From NCBI RefSeq assembly GCF_001194135.2, contig NC_068988.1, positions 68,021,014-68,085,013 on the forward strand: a DNA stretch of 64,000 bases. The letters are read 5' to 3'. The DNA is from Octopus bimaculoides. Taxonomy: Eukaryota. This document shows, piece by piece, positions 38,826 to 52,204 of the stretch (positions are counted from its first letter, which is position 1; each line of letters starts with the position of its first letter). A program made the position numbers and the translations under genes. The notes beneath the pieces are model-generated. The model did no database searches and had not been told where the DNA came from. It saw nothing but the letters and a program-made list of their open reading frames with translations.

Positions 38826-40513
38826 ATATATATATNNNNNNNNNNNNNNNNNNNNNNNNNNNNNNNNNNNNNNNNNNNNNNNNNNNNNNNNNNNNNNNNN
38901 NNNNNNNNNNNNNNNNNNNNNNNNNNNNNNNNNNNNNNNNNNNNNNNNNNNNNNNNNNNNNNNNNNNNNNNNNNNNNNNNNNNNNNNNNNNNNNNNNNNN
39001 NNNNNNNNNNNNNNNNNNNNNNNNNNNNNNNNNNNNNNNNNNNNNNNNNNNNNNNNNNNNNNNNNNNNNNNNNNNNNNNNNNNNNNNNNNNNNNNNNNNN
39101 NNNNNNNNNNNNNNNNNNNCCAAGGGTCATGTAGGCCCTCAAAAGTTATATAAACTTACTTAGAAACTGATGAGTCATGTGTGTGTGTGTGTGTGTGTGC
39201 ACGCGCGCGCTTGTGTGTGTGCTAACGCTTTGAGTTCTAAGTTCCTGTCCGTATCACACAAAGAAGGACGATAGATGCGTGACAGTTATTTGATTATTTT
39301 ATCAGATCACGCGATACTGTTCACACATACTTATTGTATTTTATATGCCAGCTGTAACTGTTATTGATTTATTTACGTGAACCTTCAGTTTGTGAGAAAA
39401 AGATATACCTACATTTCATGTTTGGGTAAGTATGTAAAGTGTTTCTCTTCCAGTTCATTGTTCAGATACACTAGACCAACATTTCTAGAATCGCTTAGTT
39501 TCTTATTGAATAAAGAAACCTCGGGTACTTTCCTATGGACTTGTAAGATATTGTTCTCATTAATTTGGAGCACTTCAATAGCCTTTTGTGGTGTTATTTA
39601 ACAGCTACGATTGATAACATCAGAATGCTTGTTGGTCAGCATGCATATTACCGTATATGTAAGTAATATGCATATATTTCTATATAAGTCCCCATGCACA
39701 TGTTAGTGTGCCAATGTCTTGTAAGAAATTATTATAAAAATGGATAGCAAGAATCTGCCTATGGAGAAATATGAAATTGGTTGCACGTTATGGGAGAAAA
39801 TTGGATAATAATCGATTACATAAGATAATATATCATAATAGATATTAAATGGTAAAGTGTGAACGATGTTGAACGAAATTTGCCTAAGGGAAGATCCTTG
39901 TAACCAATTAAAGTCTCCCCGGAAATTTCATATCTCGAGTCAATACGATTTTAAGCCGATTTGGATTAGATGTTGAGCTTCTATTGCTGGAATCAGAACA
40001 AATGAGCCATTATAGATGAGGTAATATGAGTGGGTGGGCACAATATGAATCAACTTGGTTAGTATAGAAACGTTGTTCTTCAATGAAAAGTCCACTCTTT
40101 TTTCTTTCATCAAATGCATTGATATTCATAATGAACGCATCGTTTTAAGAATGGAAATTCGTTATTCCAATTCAAGATTATCATAATAATTACAGGAACC
40201 CACACGCGGTTTTTTCGTTAAGTATTGAAGAAAATGTTAATGATATAAGTTTAAAAGTAGCCTCAAGAAATATGTTGTTTTTTTCCTTTTGTTGCGTAAT
40301 GATGTGGAAGATTCGATATAGAACCATACGTAATGACCCATCACAGCAGACAATACGCTTATTTTACTTTTATGTATGTAACATTACTTAATCCGAAATA
40401 ACTCATCACGATAAGTTGGCAATTTTTTTTCATTTGAAGATGCATAAACAATAACCTGAATATCAATGTCTTTGTATAACGAAACTATAGAAATAATAGT
40501 CTAATAGGTATGT

Positions 40514-40608
40514 GGGTGTGGTAAGAAGTTTGCTTTCCAAATTAAAAGTTCCGAGTTCAGTCCTGGAAGTCTTGGTAGACGGAAACGGGAGGAAGCCGGT
40601 ATATATAA

Positions 40609-40645
<37 letters not shown>

Positions 40646-40746
40646 NNNNNNNNNNNNNNNNNNNNNNNNNNNNNNNNNNNNNNNNNNNNNNNNNNNNNNN
40701 NNNNNNNNNNNNNNNNNNNNNNNNNNNNNNNNNNNNNNNNNNNNNN

Positions 40747-40789
<43 letters not shown>

Positions 40790-41880
40790 AGGGTGCGGTG
40801 AATAAATTGTCGTCTAAATTATGGAAATATGAAAATAACACTGACATCTCATTTTAACAAATACATTTACGAAAATTACACAAAAATATATTGAAATGCT
40901 AAAGAGTAAATTTATTCAATAAAATCGCTATCGGCTTCAATCACTGCTTCCAGACAACTTCGGAATCTTCTGCATCCCTTCTGGATGGTCTCCTTGTTTA
41001 AGTTGGTGATTGCTGCCTTGCGTTCACTTCATCTTTGGTGTTATAAGAAGATTTGGTGGTCTCTCGCTCAACTGCGCCCCCACGCATAATAATCAAAGGT
41101 AGGGGGCAGACTGGGGAGTTAGGTGGCTAGATGTTAAGGGTAATGTGGTCGCAGAAATTGTCTGACAGCCATGACTGGGATATCCTGCTTGTGTGGCATG
41201 GTGCAAAGTCGTCCCGTTCCCAGACATAGGGTTTTCCAGCAGCCACCCTCTTGATCCAGGGCAGTACTGCATCCTCCAGGCTCTGGATGTAGTCCTCCGT
41301 GTTGAGTGTGAGGCCGTGTGGGAAGATGAACGGAGGCATAACGTCGTATCACTAGTGATCACTCCAAACACCATAATGATGACTGGTTATTTGACTTTTA
41401 TCACTCTTGGTACATGTCTTCAGATTGCACTGTCCTCAGCTCGACACCCAACCACACTTAAGTATTCGTATTGGAGCTTCCGGCGGGAATGCCAAGCAGT
41501 ACAGCATGTCTTTCCCAAATTTCTGACAAAGTGAAAGTCATCATGGTGCTATTTTTCTCACAGATGGTGCCCAACTGATCCTACCATAGTGGATAGTCAA
41601 CAAAATCCACAACAAACAATGCATATGCATGAAATTAAAAATATAATATGGCGATAATTTACCCATCACATCCTGTATATACAATTATATGTATGTGTCT
41701 TTGTTCCTGTGTTTGTCCGCCACCATTATGTGAAACCGGTGTTGTTGTGTTTACGTCATTTAACGGTTTGGCGAAAAGGAGCGATATTATACTTACCAGA
41801 TTAAAAGAAGTAAGCACTTTTGATTAAGATTCTTCAAGGCGACGCCTCAGGATTGATGCAAACAAATTACTGATAAAAGC
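40514..41880 (+). mobile_element. SINE family B interrupted in its internal microsatellite by a DNA transposon
   Basis: 5' half GTGTGGTAAGAAGTTTGC...GGTAGACGGAAAC at 40514-40590; 3' half GTGTTTGTCC...AACCGGTGTTGTTGTGTTTACGTC at about 41690-41880. Confidence 0.7.
40789..41675 (-). mobile_element. Tc1/mariner superfamily, DD37D (maT-like) internally deleted element with both TIRs
   Basis: TA|CAGGGTGCGGTGAATAAATTGTC and the reverse complement of the other end TA|CAGGATGTGATGGGTAAATTATC; transposase C-terminus MVFGVITSD..MPPFIFPHGL..WIKRVAAGKPYVW..DFAPCHTS..WLSDNFCDHI with frameshifts. The DD37D assignment rests on family similarity because the third residue region is degraded. Confidence 0.85.
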
Positions 41881-42039
41881 AAATGATAAAGGACAGCACC
41901 TTATTTTGATGTCTGGAATCATTTATATTAAAGTTTTTAAAAAATCTGGTAATCAATTACGGTTTTATTATCAGTTCATTAATAACGTAATGATGTCAAT
42001 CCAGATTTGAAAATATATATTCAATTATCTTTTATGTTT

Positions 42040-42520
42040 TACTTGCTTCATTCATTGGAATGCGACTTTGCGTAGTCATCGTATTGCAGGGTTGAATCGA
42101 AGAAATCGACTAAATTATATTTTAAAGCCTAGTATTTATTCTATCGCGTTCTTATATCGAACAACTAAGTCACAAGGACCTAGATAAATCAACACCAGTT
42201 GTCAAGCGGTGATGGGAACAAATACAAACACAAGGATACCCGCAAACGGATAAATACATACATACGTACATGTGTGCATCCATACGTATGCATGTATCTA
42301 TGTATGCATGCATGTACGTATGTATGTATGGATGCTTGTATGTATGTATGTATGTATGTATAAAACGGGAGTCCTTTACCTTTCAGTTTCCATACCAAAA
42401 CCACTCAGGAGGCTTGGGTTTACCCGGAACTATAGTAGGTGACAATCACCCACTGTGACATACAGTGTGACGGAAGCAGGAGCCAGGTTAATGAAAGAGA
42501 AATTATTCTTACCACACAAA
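42040..42520 (-). mobile_element. Degenerate SINE family B
   Basis: TACTTGCTTCATTCATT, CACCAGTTGTCAAGCGGTGATGGG and TTTCAGTTTCCATACCAAA match the reverse complement of family B. Confidence 0.7.
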
Positions 42521-43223
42521 GCTGGATCTATGACAAGGTATAAGTATATATTGACTGAATTGTTCTAAGAAATATAGCTGAATGCGAAAACATGCAAGAA
42601 AATAAAATAGAACGGATTTTCATTATTTTGAGAGATCAGTAATAGGCTGTTATACTGTTATAGCCCTGGGATCTGACCCCACTCCCATGACAGTCTTATT
42701 GAAAAACAAAGTTGAAAAACCAAACTTTCAAATGTTATATTTCCTCATTAGGCATTATGATCACCAAAACTTTTCTTCCGGCTTAACAGAACATTGCCAC
42801 TAATGTAATCCGTTTAAGTACAAGCTAAATTCATAAATATAGAATCGCATGATTCCTGCTTATGTTCTTGACAAAATATCATAATGATATTATGTGTTAC
42901 AGAGTACATTTATAGATTTTAGCGGACTCTGGAAAGTAGACAAATGCATTCACCTACATTTCATATCCGATATATTCAGTGCTTGCGAACTTGTGCATGC
43001 AGTAATTGATTAGTTTTCAGATGTATGACGGAACGATTTTTAACATTGCAATATACCATAAAGTTAGGGGAAAAATACGCAAGTTAAAATGATAGTATAT
43101 TTTCCTTTAAAATTTATTTGTGAAACACATGATTGACTTAATTTGAAAATATAGTCACATAAATTTATTTCTTGATATAAGTAGGTAAAAACCGTTGTTT
43201 CTTAGCAGGTAGAATCTTTATAT

Positions 43224-43380
43224 AGGAGTGGTTGTCTGATAAGAAGCTTGCTTCCCAATTACATGGTTCTGGGTTCAGTCCCATTATGTGGTAGAATCGG
43301 GCAAGTGTCTTCTACTACAGCCTCGGGCTGACTAAAGCCTTGTGAGTAGATGTGGTAGACGGAAACTGAAAGAAGCATGT
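43224..43380 (+). mobile_element. SINE family B 5' half
   Basis: AGGAGTGGTTGTCTGATAAGAAGCTTGCTTCCC...GGCAAGTGTCTTCTACT...GGTAGACGGAAACTGAAAGAAGC, then (TG)/(TA)n. Confidence 0.85.
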
Positions 43381-43397
43381 TGTGTGTGTATATACAT

Positions 43398-43432
<35 letters not shown>

Positions 43433-43759
43433 NNNNNNNNNNNNNNNNNNNNNNNNNNNNNNNNNNNNNNNNNNNNNNNNNNNNNNNNNNNNNNNNNNNN
43501 NNNNNNNNNNNNNNNNNNNNNNNNNNNNNNNNNNNNNNNNNNNNNNNNNNNNNNNNNNNNNNNNNNNNNNNNNNNNNNNNNNNNNNNNNNNNNNNNNNNN
43601 NNNNNNNNNNNNNNNNNNNNNNNNNNNNNNNNNNNNNNNNNNNNNNNNNNNNNNNNNNNNNNNNNNNNNNNNNNNNNNNNNNNNNNNNNNNNNNNNNNNN
43701 NNNNNNNNNNNNNNNNNNNNNNNNNNNNNNNNNNNNNNNNNNNNNNNNNNNNATATATA

Positions 43760-45403
43760 CAGTGTCTTGCAAACGTCTACACCCCCTGTGAAAATTTATA
43801 TATTTTGTATAATTTAACAGCGAAGAACACATCTTTTCAATTCCAATGATTGTTAAATGATAAGCAAATCCATCACACTTTCCTTTGATATAAAAATTAC
43901 ATTTCAAAAATTTCACACTGATTCTTAAAATCATATAACTTAGAAAAATATCTTTGCAAAAGTCTACACCCCACAGATATTATACTGTGTGATCAGATAG
44001 TTTGTCATTGATGTATACAATCCAACATAATCAAAAGTGACATGTGAGTTCTACCATAACAAACAAACTTGGCCAGTCTATTATTTTGCTATATAAGGTG
44101 ATTTAACTGCCCACAAAATCATTCACCACATGGTTTTTTGGTATGTTGGTCTTTGGACTCTGACTGTAAACGCAAGGTGTCCAACTCGGGAAAGAAATCG
44201 GGCAAGCCTCTGTCTCTGGAACTTAAAAACATTATTATTCAAAAATACAATGAAAATAATGGCTATAAAATAATGTAAAAACTTTAGAATTGCCCCTAAG
44301 CACTGTTAAAACTGTAGTTTAGAATTGGTTAGTGCACAAAACCACTGCTACCCTACCAACATCTGTGAGACGGAGCAAACTTACCAGAAGGGCAAAGTCA
44401 AAACTGGTCCGGGAGGCAACCTCCAACGCTAATGCAACACTGGAAGACTTGAAAGCTTCAGTTTCCAGTACTGGTACAGATGTCCACGCATCTACAATTT
44501 CCAGACTATTGCAGCGGTCTGGCCTGCAAGGGAGGGTAGCTAGAAAAAAGCCCCTTCCGAAGCCTATACACAAGCAAGCAAGGCTAATCATTGCCAAAAG
44601 TCATATTAATATTAATGATTCCATGACCATGTGGTGAAAGCTTTTGTGGTTAGATGAAACCAAAGGCGAATTGTTTTGAAAAAATACGAAACGTTACGTT
44701 TGACATAAATAAGGCACTGCTCACCAACCTCGTTACACCGTCCCCACTGTAAAGCATGGCGGTGGCTCGATCATACTTTAGGGTTGTTTTTCAGCTGCAG
44801 GGCTTGGAGGGTTGGTAACCATCCAATGTATCATGGACAGAGTCAAATACCAAGAAATATTGGAGGTAAACCTGCTGAAGTCTGCTAGAGCTCTGCGCTT
44901 GATCGCAATTTCACGTTTCAACAAGAAAACGAGCCAAGCATATATCAAAGGGGACTAAAACTAGGTTTGCTAGCAAGAAGATCAGACCTCAATCGTATAG
45001 AAAATCTATGGCGAGATCTAAAGCTGGCTGTGCTCCGACGTTTCCCATCCAATCTGACACAGCTCGAAAAGTTCTGCCATGAAGAATGGCGAAAAATGTC
45101 AGCAGATCGTGAAAGGCTACCCGAGGCGTCTGCAGGCTGTAATTGACGCAGCAGGGTCATCCACAAAGTATTAGCTGAAGACATTCCAAAGAGGTGCAGA
45201 CTTTGCAAAGGCATTTTTGTACGTTATATGAAATTAAGAAGCAGTGTGAAATTTTTAAAATGTAATTTTTATATCAAAGGAAAGTGTGATGGATCTGCTT
45301 ATTATTTAACAATCATTGGAATCGAAAAAAATGTGTTGTTCCCTGTTAAATTATACAAAATCTATACATTTTCAAAGGAGGTGTAGACTCTTGCAAGGCG
45401 CTA
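43760..45403 (+). mobile_element. Full-length (1644 bp) Tc1-like transposon with IR/DR-type inverted repeats of about 210 bp
   Basis: Left end TA|CAGTGTCTTGCAAACGTCTACACCCC; right end GGTGTAGACTCTTGCAAGGCGCTA|TA; long matching inverted arms; inner direct repeats at 43952-43972 and 45191-45212. Confidence 0.95.
44177..45174 (+). pseudogene. Tc1-family (DD34E) transposase pseudogene
   Basis: ATLPTSVRRSKLT..TISRLLQRSGLQGRVARKKPL..LWLDETK..TVKHGGGSII..FTFQQEN..ENLWRDLK..FCHEEW, with multiple stops and frameshifts. Confidence 0.9.
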
Positions 45404-45435
45404 TATATATATATATATATATATAGATAGATAGA

Positions 45436-45620
45436 TAGGGGTTGGACAACATAATGGAATCAGCTTAAAATTTCAAACAAATTTATTTTAATATGGGGTA
45501 GTACCGCCTTTGGTAGTGATTACAGCTTAAATTATACGAGGTATGGACTTGTACAAAGTTTGAATTGTTTCCAAAGGAATTTTTGTCCATTCTTCCGCTA
45601 AAACCGTCTTCAGTTCTTGT
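45436..45620 (-). mobile_element. 3' end and TIR of a second Tc1-like family
   Basis: Minus translation ELKTVLAEEWTKIPLETIQTLYKSIPRII*AVITTKGGTTPY*, then a terminal ...TTGTCCAACCCC. Confidence 0.8.
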
Positions 45621-46139
45621 ATGATGATGGTGGAGGACATATATGTATATGTGTATATTTATAAGTATATATATNNNNNNNNNNNNNNNNNNNNNNNNNN
45701 NNNNNNNNNNNNNNNNNNNNNNNNNNNNNNNNNNNNNNNNNNNNNNNNNNNNNNNNNNNNNNNNNNNNNNNNNNNNNNNNNNNNNNNNNNNNNNNNNNNN
45801 NNNNNNNNNNNNNNNNNNNNNNNNNNNNNNNNNNNNNNNNNNNNNNNNNNNNNNNNNNNNNNNNNNNNNNNNNNNNNNNNNNNNNNNNNNNNNNNNNNNN
45901 NNNNNNNNNNNNNNNNNNNNNNNNNNNNNNNNNNNNNNNNNNNNNNNNNNNNNNNNNNNNNNNNNNNNNNNNNNNNNNNNNNNNNNNNNNNNNNNNNNNN
46001 NNNNNNNNNNNNNNNNNNNNNNNNNNNNNNNNNNNNNNNNNNNNNNNNNNNNNNNNNNNNNNNNNNNNNNNNNNNNNNNNNNNNNNNNNNNNNNNNNNNN
46101 NNNNNNNNNNNNNNNNNNATATATATTGGTAAAATAAAA

Positions 46140-46580
46140 GTTAGAGGCAATACTTGACAATTGTAAGCCCCTGTGTATGCCAGCTCGTGGTCTGCACGTT
46201 AATTTTTCGCACACACGAGACGCATTCTTATCTGCCTCCTCTGCTATCTTTTCTCTTGTCAAATAATATTTCTCTATCGTTCGCTACCTTACCTCCTCTG
46301 ACCTAACGGCCCTACATGTTTGTTTTTGTTTGTTTTTTTTTGTATGTCTTTCCTGTCTTGTTTTTGTTATCAAGTTCGACTCTTCGTAAATCCCAAATTT
46401 TATTTTGGTTCGCGGGAGCAACTGTTTTTCAAAGCCTCATATGGTCGTTAATTGCTCAAAATGTGGAGTAGATGAACAACCGACAAGTGATGAAGGGGCG
46501 TACATTATGTTACTTGTCTTGTTTTCCATTTGTCTATGTCGTTGTTAGCGTATCGAAATTTCATGTTGTTTACGCTTTGT
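46140..46580 (+). repeat. Possible Penelope pseudo-LTR-like fragment
   Basis: Non-coding, pyrimidine-rich block containing GTGATGAAGGGG...CGAAA, a decayed resemblance to the hammerhead-bearing segments. Confidence 0.25.
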
Positions 46581-47944
46581 GACGTCCTGTATACATATAT
46601 GCAAATATATATACATATATATGTAAGTATGTACATATACGTATGTATATATGCATATATCTATATATCTATATCTATCTATCTATATATATATATNNNN
46701 NNNNNNATATATATATATATATGCACATATATATATATATATATACTAGCTCTGAATTTAGGATGCAGGGAAATCTTCATAATCGCAGTATTAGTTTCGA
46801 ACACTGAACATCAAGTAAGATAAAGTTTATTGTAATTCAAAGTACAATGTCAGCTTTAATGCCAATTAATGTAAATGATATAATATTTCATTAGATATAT
46901 ATCTAATGCAAACGCATTAACGTTTATAAGTATGTGTATCCGAAGTGCTTAAATAATTAAAAATTGGGTTTTAATAGAATACTAATATAATATTACCTCC
47001 AAATATATCGATTAACATTTTATGTAGATCATTAAATATTTTTACCGGATACATTTATACGTTGTTAATCTCCAGGATTCCAACGAATTTTAATAATATT
47101 CCGTTTTATTTTCCTTGTTACTGTTTTGATGTTTTATATGTTGTATTTAGAATTGAGATTTATATCCCGATTTTAGCTAAAAGCTTATGTTTTATTTTAT
47201 TGAATACAAATGTATGTAAGAAGAATGATAGATTCAAATATGTTTATTTATTTGTTTTCAACATTCTTTTCCTTTTCAACGATTACAGATTATTAATTGT
47301 TAATCACGATAATACAATAAACTGGATTATATGAAATTTTTAACTTATTCACTCTGATATGGTTTCTCTAATTACTTCCTTAGATATACAACAGATCTTA
47401 TTCATAAACATATACACATATACATGCATACATACAAACACATATAAATATTGAATGGCTTGAGATAATAAATCCAAGCAGGTACCATTGAAGCAGTTTA
47501 GTATGATATGGAATAACTTGGGATTATTTAAGATAAGCACTTTGAAAATATCACCTTATTATTAAATCCAAGGGAAAAGAGAAATAAGGAAAGAATATTC
47601 TGCTTGTCTCTCTCCGTCTCTACATTTTAGATTAAGTTTTCATTTTTCACTCTATTCAAGAAAGTTAAATACGACATCAGCTCTTCCTAAAAACGTCTAC
47701 ATACTTTTTTTCTAATATTCATTATACCTTAAAATATCACGCGGGTTCGTTTTTATTATTATTTCTGTTCTCCTGAGCTAATATTGTGAGCTAATGTTAT
47801 TATCGCTTCAGTTGAGTTGTTTCTAAGTCATTCCAAATCCTTTAACTCTCTCTCTCTCTCTCTCTCTCTGACACTCACTTTCTTTCTATCCTTCCTCCTT
47901 TACAGGAGCCAATATGCATATTTACACACACACACACATATGTA

Positions 47945-47979
<35 letters not shown>

Positions 47980-47983
<4 letters not shown>

Positions 47984-48203
47984 TCCCACAGGAGGCTAAA
48001 CATAAAGGGGACAAACATGGACAGACAAAGGGATTAAGTCGATTACATTGACCCCCAGTGCATAACTGGCACTTATTTAATCGACCCCAAAAGGATGAAT
48101 GACAAAGTTGACCTCCTCGGAATTTGAACTCAGAACATAACGGCAGACGAAATACCGCTAAGCATTTCGCCAAGTGTGCTAACTATTGTGCCAGCTCGCC
48201 GCC
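47980..48203 (-). mobile_element. SINE family A
   Basis: Reverse complement begins GGCGGCGAGCTGGCACAATAGTTAGCAC...GAGTTCAAATTCCGAGGAGGTCAAC. Confidence 0.9.
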
Positions 48204-48298
48204 ATAAACATATATACACTGAAAGTAATGTAACATTGTGGTGAAGGCGTCCGCAACATAGTTATATACTAGGGTTATATATTTTATGTACTTATATA

Positions 48299-48765
48299 GG
48301 CGCAGGAGTGGCTTTGTGGTAATTAGCTTGCTTAACACCCACATGTTTCCGGGTTCAGTCCCACTGCGTGTCAGCTTGGGCAAGTGTTTTCTACTATTGC
48401 CTCGGGCCGACCAAAGCCTTGTGAGTGGATTTGGTAGACGGAAGCTGAAAGAAGCCCGTCGTATATATATATATATATGCGTGTGTGTGTTTGTATATCT
48501 GTGTTTGTCCTCCTACCATCGCTTGACAACCGATGCTGGTGTTTACGTCCACGTAACTTAGCGGTTCGGCAAAAAGAGACAGATAGAATAAGTACTAGGC
48601 TTACAAAAAATAAGTCCTGGGGTCGATTTACTCAACTAAAGGTGGTGCTCNNNNNNNNNNTAGGCTTACAAAAAATAAGTCCTGGGGTCGATTTACTCAA
48701 CTAAAGGTGGTGCTCCAGCATGGCCGCAGTCAAATGATTGAAACAAGTAAAAGAGTAAAAGAGTA
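48299..48765 (+). mobile_element. Near-complete tRNA-derived SINE family B with an internal (TA)/(TG) microsatellite
   Basis: GGCGCAGGAGTGGCTTTGTGGTAA (A-box-like), GGTTCAGTCCC (B-box-like), CCTTGGGCAAG-type segment, internal microsatellite, tail GGTGCTCCAGCATGGCCGCAGTC...GTAAAAGAGTAAAAGAG. Confidence 0.9.
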
Positions 48766-48984
48766 TATGACCATCCGCTCGGATCTATGTACAAAATGAG
48801 AGTGGTTTGGAGAATGCATTTTTATGCAAATATAGTACATTTAAAATCTATTTTACGATTTAATTCGCACATATACACATAAAGATCTGCATGTAGAAGT
48901 GTGCTTCGTTACAGATAAAATTTCTTGTTTACATAAAACTGTCACGGTTGATTTGCTTCCAGCAAATACATCTGCCTTTTATCT

Positions 48985-49392
48985 ATTACTTGTTTCAGTC
49001 ATTAGACTCTGGCTATTCTGGGGCACCTTGGAATTTTATTGAAATGAATAAACACTAGCACTTTATTTTAAAGCCTGGTACTCATTCTATTAGTGTCTTT
49101 ACCGAACAGCTACATTACAGGAACGCAAACACACCAGCACCGGTTGTCAAGTTTAGGTTGTGGTGGAGCAAACACAGACACAAAGACAGACAGACAAACA
49201 CCCACACACAACCACACACACACACACACACACACACACCCACATAAGCGACAGGCCCCTTTCAATTTCCGTCTATCAGATTCACTCACAAGGCTTGGTC
49301 GGCTCGAAGCTATGACAGAAAACACTTGCTTTAGGTGCCACAGAGTACCACTGAACCCAGATACAAGCTCCTTACCACTCAGTCACGCCTAC
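48985..49392 (-). mobile_element. SINE family B
   Basis: Reverse-complement match to 48299-48765, including the internal (CA)n. Confidence 0.8.
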
Positions 49393-49801
49393 GCCTATAC
49401 GTGCACACACAGTAAATAAGTATGTATGCATGTATGTTTATGACTAAGTATATGTTCGATCTTGCATCCTTACGTGCCACGTAATGTATAGATATATATG
49501 ACGTATATGCGAATATGTTAATGGTATATGAAACATTATGTGATAAGGAATTGAATACGAATTTATAGTCAAATGTAAATGTTTTTTATACCAGAGAAAA
49601 GTTATATATAAGTTTTCCTCTATATCCAGCTCCTTCAAACTGCAGCTTAAAAGGTTAAAATCACACGATGTGGGAGGAGGAACTAACTTATAATACATAC
49701 TGATGATGTTAGAAGACCGGTAGGGCGATAGAAAAAAGATATGTCAGTGCGTGTATGAAAGAGTGTGTGCGTGTTTGTGTGTGACAGAGTGCGTGTGTGT
49801 G

Positions 49802-49852
<51 letters not shown>

Positions 49853-49964
49853 GAAAGAGTACGTGTGTGTATGTGTGTGTGTGTGTTAGATAGAGAAAGG
49901 GAGAAGGGAGTTCATGTTCCATTTAGAAATGAAATGTCAGCGGGTATACGGTGAAATTCTTAAG

Positions 49965-49999
<35 letters not shown>

Positions 50000-50083
50000 T
50001 ATACACACACACACAAATATATATATATATATATATAATATATATATATATACAGGCATACATATATAAATACATACACACTC

Positions 50084-50118
<35 letters not shown>

Positions 50119-51600
50119 NNNNNNNNNNNNNNNNNNNNNNNNNNNNNNNNNNNNNNNNNNNNNNNNNNNNNNNNNNNNNNNNNNNNNNNNNNNNNNNNNN
50201 NNNNNNNNNNNNNNNNNNNNNNNNNNNNNNNNNNNNNNNNNNNNNNNNNNNNNNNNNNNNNNNNNNNNNNNNNNNNNNNNNNNNNNNNNNNNNNNNNNNN
50301 NNNNNNNNNNNNNNNNNNNNNNNNNNNNNNNNNATATATATATGCACATACATATATACATATATGTACACATAGGCACATATGTGTGCACACGCGCATA
50401 CACATATATGGGTTGCATACTACTTCCGATATTATTAGCATCAATGACTCAATGATAGGAAAGCTAGGCAGCCAGAACAAAATGTTATAGAAAAGTTCGT
50501 TGAACTAAATGATAAAATGGAAACTTTCAATTTCCTCAAACTAACCGTATGAATAAATGTCAGTCTAATGTCTGACAGCAATTTGAACTACTGACCTTCT
50601 GTTCATCCTTCTGAATAAGATGGCTTTAAAAGTATATCGTCTGACTTGTACATTAACTTATTATTGCTCAAGTGGTCATTATGGACGTAAAATAGCCATA
50701 AAGCAGTTTTCTTGCTTATTATACTTTAATATATTTGTTCCTTCAATTATAACTGTCCATCATCAGCTTAATATACTTAATGATAGCAATTAGACGCACA
50801 TATAAGAACATCTACACGCGCACATACACACACATACATTTATTGCGTATCGATTACACGACTAGGATTGTTAGACTGCATAAAATGTTGTTCCTGTATT
50901 ACATTTTATTGTGTTTTTTTTTTAGTTTTGCATAACTGTAGTTTTCATTTTTTCTCAAGATTCACGTGGGTGGGTGTGTAGAGGGGAAATCCTTATAATC
51001 AACCAGTTATTTGAGGAAAGTGGTCATGCTGGAACACAGCCATTTTAAAATCTCTAGTATAGCATTCTTTAATATAAGCGAGTTGGCAGAATCGTTAGTA
51101 CGCCGGTCAAAATGTTCCATGGCCTTTTTTTCCGGCTTCACTGGTGCACATCATTTGTTATATATATTTATTCTTCTTTTAGACTTCCTAACTGTGGTAT
51201 ATATTTGACTATACAAGTTACGTTGCTTATGTCATTACTTGAATAGGATGAAATCATGTAGCAAAACAAATTTAGACACGCACTTGAGATTCTTTTTGAA
51301 AAGTATTTATTGCAAGGAAGAGTTGAAAACATACAATTCTTTTGTTGATGTAATAAATGTTAATAACGATGCCAGAGACTAGCAATTATTTTGCATAAGC
51401 GCATTAAAAAAAAAAACCCTGACGAATAGTAATTTAAATTTACACACACACGCACCCCCCATCTATATATGTATCTACATATCTATATGTATAACTATAT
51501 ACCTATCTCTCTCTCTTTCTTTCTCTCTCTCAATATATAACATATGTATATATATNNNNNNNNNNTGTATATGTATATATATTATCTCTCTGTCTCTCTG

Positions 51601-51680
<80 letters not shown>

Positions 51681-52001
51681 AATTTAATTGTTGGAACGAG
51701 AAAAATAATGGACTATAAATGAAACGTAATAATATATGAAAATTATAGTGTTATTTGAAATAATGTAAGAAAATATCTTACCTAAATATAATCGATATAA
51801 TTTTACGAAAGACCGTTATTTATAAAAACTATTTAACAATGTATTATTATTTATGTGACATCAACTATGGGCCATAGATTTAATTACATAGAGAAAACTA
51901 ATTTCAAACAGTGTAAATAAAAAGACTCATTGTGCTAATTGAGGATTTTTTATAAACTATAAAACAATTACTATCTTTTATTGATATTCACAGTAATTAG
52001 T

Positions 52002-52141
<140 letters not shown>

Positions 52142-52204
52142 GGCTTTCTTTTATTCATTTACTGGTTTCAGCCAGAGACTGGAGCCATACTAGAACACCG
52201 CTTT

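Noticed and set aside
48596-48715. Perfect 55-bp direct repeat in the SINE B tail
   Set aside because: Identical copies on either side of a 10-N gap indicate an unmerged contig overlap.
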